Source: Eledone cirrhosa (taxonomy: Eukaryota). Taken from it: a stretch of 64,000 nt of DNA. How positions within the stretch are numbered: position 1 is the first letter of the stretch; every line of letters begins with the position of its first letter. Both the position numbers and the translations under genes were made by a program. Of this stretch, positions 57,507 through 64,000 are shown piece after piece. Where the stretch lies: positions 31,496,001 to 31,560,000 of the forward strand of contig OZ024749.1 of the NCBI GenBank assembly GCA_964016885.1. Reading direction: 5' to 3'. The notes under the pieces are model-generated. The model saw only the letters and a program-made list of their open reading frames with translations, made no database searches and had not been told where the DNA came from.

Positions 57507-57899
57507 CTTATTATAATTTTCATCTTTTAATATTCTATCTTTCCTAGCCATAACCTTAAATTATATTCACCTAAAAACTCAATACAACACTAATCACCAT
57601 TTATTTTTACATTTATTTTTATTTTTACATTCCTTTTAAACTTCACTATACCAGATACATTCAACTATCAGTTTGACAATCCCCTTTCCTCCTAATAGAT
57701 TTTTATGCCAATTCTACTATTAACACCATTCAACCATTCCTTTCAAAGGGTCATGACCTCAACTAAAGTGTATTACTTTTCATCTTAACACCATATGAAA
57801 AAAACAATTTGATTGTTTAGTTCTTCAACGCCCTCCAAACAAGGACATGATACTAACATACTACTAATTCTGAATAAAATTATTATTGCTTTTGAAACA

Positions 57900-58067
57900 G
57901 CTGGTGATATGCATGTAAGTAAATATCTTCTTTATCTGATATTTTGTAACTAACCTTACATAGATCAATAACGGATTATAGATACAATGTATTATCATCA
58001 CCTAGAAACGATCGTAAAGCAGTGAAGTATATCTCTAATGACTTGATTTTTTATTTCAGTGTTTTAA

Positions 58068-58070
<3 letters not shown>
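57900..58070 (+). mobile_element. Family E-like terminal remnant
   Basis: GTAAGT...CTGATAT...TACATAGATC...GAAACGATCGTA, T-rich end, then (TA)n. Confidence 0.5.
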
Positions 58071-58115
<45 letters not shown>

Positions 58116-58443
58116 AATAAAATGACGGGCTGTGTGGTTGCAGTTAAGTATAATGAAAATAAAAAGTTACGGGCGAAAGAGGGTAATGTCCATCATGAGT
58201 TGTCTGCTAGGAATCATAGGTATTATGATTCTCTAACGCGAGGAAATACCTATGATTCCTAGCTGATAAATGTTAGATCAATCCAGAATTTGCGTGATTA
58301 AGAATTGAACTTCCTTTACCATCCGTTCTTTTACTCTGTTCTTCTACAATATCATATTCCCAAGTTCTGTTACATAATCTCCGAAGATCTCCGAATATCT
58401 CCGAAGATCTCTGTTTAACATGAAGCCATTCAAACACACTCCA

Positions 58444-58670
58444 CCATGAAAGCAAACGTGGGAATGACGTCCAATCCTCTCAAACTTAGATTCATTCAAT
58501 CATATCAAACGTCACTAATGGCAAACATCTCTGAAACTTTAAAAAAGCAACAAGTTTCTATCATTTAATTCTGATTGGAAACCCTTAAATGAGTAAGATT
58601 GTCACAACTTAAGAAAACAGTAAACAGCACATGTGTACAGTGTATAGCTGAAAGACTCCGGATCTTCAGT
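58444..58670 (+). pseudogene. Highly degraded Naiad-like GIY-YIG remnant
   Basis: KANVGMTSNPLKLRF...QTSL...LKKQ...DWK...TCVQCIAERLRI across frames; short inverted repeat at 58206-58263. Confidence 0.45.
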
Positions 58671-58857
58671 TCTGGAATGTAAATATTTCAGGGAGATTTC
58701 ACTCCGCCATGCGATGGTGAGCTAAAATCAGTTATTTTACTTCTGGATAAAGAGCAAATATTGTCATGACGAGAGATTGATGAATAAATCGAGCAGAAAA
58801 TATGACGAGAACGAACGTTTCTTTAACGGGGAATGAGGACTGTCTTCGACATTTGCT

Positions 58858-58908
<51 letters not shown>

Positions 58909-58910
<2 letters not shown>

Positions 58911-59050
58911 AAGAAAGTGTGGTAGAGAACCAGGTGGACCATAACGCACCAGAGTACTTGATACTTAGGGTAGATACTGGTGGGTTAGTTCGGATCTAGC
59001 CGTCGAATCGGCCGGAGCCCCAGCCGTCGGGGTCCTGAGTCTTTTCCTAT

Positions 59051-59051
<1 letters not shown>
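58909..59051 (-). mobile_element. Family F element (tail plus one inverted arm)
   Basis: GTGGACCATAACGCACCAGAGTACTTGATACTTAGGGTAG...TAGCCGTCGAA...CCGTCGGGGTCC...TTCCTATA. Confidence 0.75.
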
Positions 59052-59131
<80 letters not shown>

Positions 59132-59331
59132 NNNNNNNNNNNNNNNNNNNNNNNNNNNNNNNNNNNNNNNNNNNNNNNNNNNNNNNNNNNNNNNNNNNNN
59201 NNNNNNNNNNNNNNNNNNNNNNNNNNNNNNNNNNNNNNNNNNNNNNNNNNNNNNNNNNNNNNNNNNNNNNNNNNNNNNNNNNNNNNNNNNNNNNNNNNNN
59301 NNNNNNNNNNNNNNNNNNNNNNNNNNNNNNN
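59132..59331. other. Assembly gap (200 N)
   Basis: Run of N. Confidence 1.
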
Positions 59332-59432
59332 AAGTAGAGAGACAGACATAATGTGTAGGATGTGAGGTATGATTACAGTACATTGTATAATTTTAAATAC
59401 ATACTTATATGTATCTATATAGACATACATAC

Positions 59433-59510
<78 letters not shown>

Positions 59511-59593
59511 CAACATATATACTTATATACATACCTATATATATATATATATATACATATATATATAAATATATACATACATACACACACACA

Positions 59594-59627
<34 letters not shown>

Positions 59628-59692
59628 CATACATATATATACATAAATACATATATATATATATACATATATATATAAATATATACATACAT

Positions 59693-59725
<33 letters not shown>

Positions 59726-59730
<5 letters not shown>

Positions 59731-60057
59731 GAGTTAAACAATATTCAATGAGTATATCAAAGAATGAGTTTTACAGTAGATTGGAAGCACTCAACGGATA
59801 TAATTTTCCAGAGTTATTAATATTAAAATACAAATATTAATAAATTAGATGTTCTTTTGATCAATTACATTTTATTATACATACTTCGGATGTACATCCT
59901 CATCAGACAAAATATAATGATACATGACATACCCTGAGATGTTAAATGGTTAAGATTTAATCAACCTTGATCTAACTACCTACCTACTCTTGTACATCCG
60001 AAATATGTATAATAAAATGTAATTTATCAAAAGAACATCTATTTTTTTATATTTGTA

Positions 60058-60064
<7 letters not shown>
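59726..60064 (-). mobile_element. Fold-back hammerhead element, family D (related to C)
   Basis: Minus-strand ATTTTGT-CTGATGA-GGATGTACATCC-GAAG-TATGTA-TA-ATAAAAT at 59869-59913; opposite arm retains GAAA. Confidence 0.75.
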
Positions 60065-60087
<23 letters not shown>

Positions 60088-60089
<2 letters not shown>

Positions 60090-60282
60090 ACAAAGGAATT
60101 GTGGTAAGGAATCAGATGGACCATAACGCACCAGAGTACTCAATACTTATGGTAGTAGAGTGGGAAATAGTAAAAAGTATGACCTCGACGGCAGAGCTCA
60201 TGCCGTTTCGACGGCTATTTCTGGACTACAGAAATAACCGTCGAAACGGCTTGAGCTCTGCCGTCGGGGTCATACTTTTTCC

Positions 60283-60285
<3 letters not shown>
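60088..60285 (-). mobile_element. Family F fold-back element
   Basis: Tail on left; arms AAAAAGTATGACC...GGCTATTTCTG / CAGAAATAACCG...GGTCATACTTTTT. Confidence 0.82.
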
Positions 60286-60346
<61 letters not shown>

Positions 60347-60841
60347 GGATATGATCAGATGATGCCGTTACTATATCCAGTAATCTCCCCTCTAATTCAA
60401 TGTCCATGTGAATGATATATACTATACATGGGTACAGGCAGATATATATCTGAGCACTGGATAACAGTCACAAGAACAAATCAGTCAAACAGAATCACCC
60501 TTACTTCATCAGCTATCCACTGGGAATCATGCCGATTTCGTTATATGTAAGGATATATCTGTTGGCTGGATGAACAAGTATTTTTTTCCTGATTAGTTGA
60601 TATGATATAAGATAAAATTTGTGCAGGGTTGAGAAACTACCTGTGATACGAACCGATCACTGAATATTTTGTTATGACTTTGGAGAAATTCTCGAAAGAA
60701 ACATCTAAGTGAAAATAGTCCCATGACAAAATTAAAAGGAAAGACGTAACAAGAGAGACATAAATGTAACTATTTATTTCAAAACCTAAAATGTTATATC
60801 TATAAATATATATAAATGATAAACCAGCGAACATTGTTTAA

Positions 60842-61043
60842 CCCTTTAGCATTTGCATTGTTCTATATTTACTATTATATTTTCATGGTAAAGGCTGTAT
60901 CTCACATAATATCAAATCTATGAGATTTTGATATTATTTGAGAATAAACCTTAACATCAGTATGAGTGGCCAGTTACGACCGGTTTGAATGGAAAGAGGT
61001 GTGAGAATTCTAGCCGGATATGGCAGTTTTAAATGCGTAAGGG
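60842..61043. mobile_element. piggyBac-like MITE with TTAA target duplication
   Basis: TTAA|CCCTTTAGCATTT ... AAATGCGTAAGGG|TTAA imperfect TIRs; non-coding. Confidence 0.75.
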
Positions 61044-61273
61044 TTAAAATGATATTTTGCGACCTAAAGTGTAATATTTTCTACTCTGATTCTTCTTCGT
61101 GTATTTTAGTGTTCTTTATAATATATTGTCCTCTAAACACATATTAAAACAGACATATGCATTTAAAATAATGTCCCTCTAAACGTGCATTAACATATCT
61201 ATATATGTCTAAAATAGTGTGCTATAAATGCATATATGTAAAAGAATGACCCTCTAAAGAGATTAACACACAT

Positions 61274-61312
<39 letters not shown>

Positions 61313-61474
61313 ACATAGTGTCTCTCTAAATGCATATATGTAAAATAGTGACCCTCTAAACACATACAGTAAAACACATATATATATATATCTGTGTGTG
61401 TGTGTGTCTGTGTGTATGTGTGTGTGAAATAGTGGGTTTCTAAACATATATATTACAACATACATATATGTAAA

Positions 61475-61661
61475 ATAATTGTTTCTACTTTTGGCACAAG
61501 GCCAGCAAATTACCCAGTACATTACTGGTACTTTATTTTATCGACTCCGTAAGGATGAAAGGCAAAGTTAAATTTGACGGGATTTGAACTCAGATCATAA
61601 AGGGACGTAACTATGCTAGAAAGCATGGCGTCCGACCCTCTACCGATACTGCCAATTCACC
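61475..61661 (-). mobile_element. tRNA-derived SINE
   Basis: Same family. Confidence 0.9.
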
Positions 61662-63220
61662 AGAATAATATCCTAGAAACAGATATACTGAAGCATAGAT
61701 ATATGTACATCGTTCGAAGTAGCTTTGTCTGTAACAGAAAGTTTCGCTGCACAGCTTATAAGCTGCAGAATAGATGGTTTCAGCATCCAGATACGCCATT
61801 TTGTTTGGCTCACGTTTTGTACCTTTTGGACCCAATAATACTTAAAATGTAGCATAACAGAAACCAAATAATCGTTCTTTCACATCGCAACAATGCTTTG
61901 ACATTTATTGACCACGAAAGCATAAAATTCAAAGTCGATATTCGGGAGACTTGAACGCTTTGAAGAAGTAGGTTTCTGTGTTTTCTTAGTTTGCAAGTAG
62001 TATTAGCCAATGAAATAATAAAGTATGGACGCCATCTTGGATAAATAAACATAGCTTTTTTTTTATTACAAAAACATCATGGCGTTTGACTGATCATGGT
62101 AACTCAAAACTTACAGTAACACCAAAGTGCATCAACTCTCTGATTTTATTTCACTATAATTATGTGTGTGTATATATATATATTTATATATGTGTGTGTT
62201 TGTGTGTGTATATATACATCTCACTCTTCCCATTACCCATCGACATTTCTGTCCATCTAATCTAAAAAGACAACTATTGATTTAACTCATATGTGTGTGT
62301 GTGTGTGTGTACGAGCGTGTGTGTGTGTTTGAGTATATGTGTATGAACGTGTTTGTATATTTGTATATATATATAAATATATATATATGTACATTTACAC
62401 AGACAAAAATATTCACACCAATAGACAAATTTATCCGTGTTTTATTGGAATTGGACGATGCACACACACACACACACATATATACACATACACACACAAA
62501 CACACAGATACTCATACATACATACATACACACACACTCAAACACTTTATTATTCATGACAATTTGTTTTGTTTTGTTTGCTTTTTGTTATATTTTTTCA
62601 CCGAAGAATTCACAGTTGATATCGCAACAGGCACCACTTGATTTGCTCAAAGACTAATAGAGAAAATGTTCAGTTTTTGTGGCAGCAGAGGTTATATAGC
62701 ACGGTTCTAGAGGCGATTAAGCGTGAAACTGGACATAAGCATTTCTGTTATAAACTTTATACTCTTTGCGCCCCTCTTATTCTTTTACGATTTATTTATG
62801 TATTATGTACATAATATTTCTCTATTAATTTCTTCTTGTATTTGCTGCCATTTTTATTTTTATTTACGTTCTCTTTTGTTTCGTTTTCTTCTTCCACGTT
62901 CCAGATTTTTTTTATTCACTTTTCACGGTTGCAAGGAAAAGGAAAATTGAAGGAGGGAACGAAACGTATTGACAAAATAGATGCTAAAAGGAGGTGAACA
63001 TTTTGACATTGTGAAGACATGGGGAAAATTAAGAAGAAGAATCTTTGTGTGGTGTATTTTTGTGTGTGTATGTTTTTTACACACACATACACAAACGCAC
63101 AGGTATATACATATAACGTATGTGTAGTGTTTTTGTGTTATAATGTACTCACACACATGCACACAAACAGACATACACATACTATAGATATAGATATGAC
63201 TCACGTGCACATATGTACAT

Positions 63221-63379
<159 letters not shown>

Positions 63380-63420
63380 CCAAACATAAGTCAATTGCAT
63401 GAACTCATAATCCTTTATTT

Positions 63421-63476
63421 ACTGCTATATATATTTCGATGATAGCCATTGAATGGCTATGACCTCATCAGGCAGT
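63421..63476 (-). ncRNA. Minimal type I hammerhead ribozyme in a ~165-bp TA-flanked element (63375-63540)
   Basis: ACTGC-CTGATGA-GGTCATAGCCATTCAATGGCTATCATC-GAAA-TATATA-TA-GCAGT. Confidence 0.78.
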
Positions 63477-63556
63477 TAGTCAGTTCTTAGATATGGCAGC
63501 TCTGTGTTTATAGTGTTGATGGTATCAGAGCCTTGGGACATATATATATATATATG

Positions 63557-63697
<141 letters not shown>

Positions 63698-63702
63698 CCA
63701 CG

Positions 63703-63823
<121 letters not shown>

Positions 63824-64000
63824 ATTTATATATATATATACATACACATATATGTATACATGTATATATATATTTGTGCTTGGTTGTATGTAGAGGAGTT
63901 TTAGTCAACAGAAATACATTTATTTAGACCAGAAATACGAATAACCAATATTCGCAATCATGTATGCATATATGTGTGTGTTTAAATGGCTGAGGTATGT

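Overview
AT-rich, microsatellite-saturated eukaryotic DNA, most likely cephalopod (Octopus-like, inferred from the SINE and LINE types). No confidently supported host protein-coding gene; nearly all listed ORFs are translations of microsatellites or satellites. Contents: two related satellite arrays (56-bp and 53/43-bp units, 1-11.2 kb); about 12 copies of a tRNA-derived SINE; non-LTR retrotransposon remnants (R4/Dong-like RLE, Tx1-like L1, RTE, CR1); Penelope-like element (PLE) remnants with GIY-YIG endonuclease; one TTAA-flanked MITE; a 200-N gap. The most notable signal is a set of several sequence-distinct families of short non-coding elements inserted in (TA)n. Many are fold-back (two head-to-head arms plus a unique tail), carry minimal type I hammerhead ribozyme motifs with palindromic stem III, and share a GAGTRCT motif near the tail. 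They look like non-autonomous PLE/retrozyme-like elements. Different retroelement classes occupy different microsatellites (TA, CATA, GATA). All alignments and folds were done by eye and boundaries are approximate.
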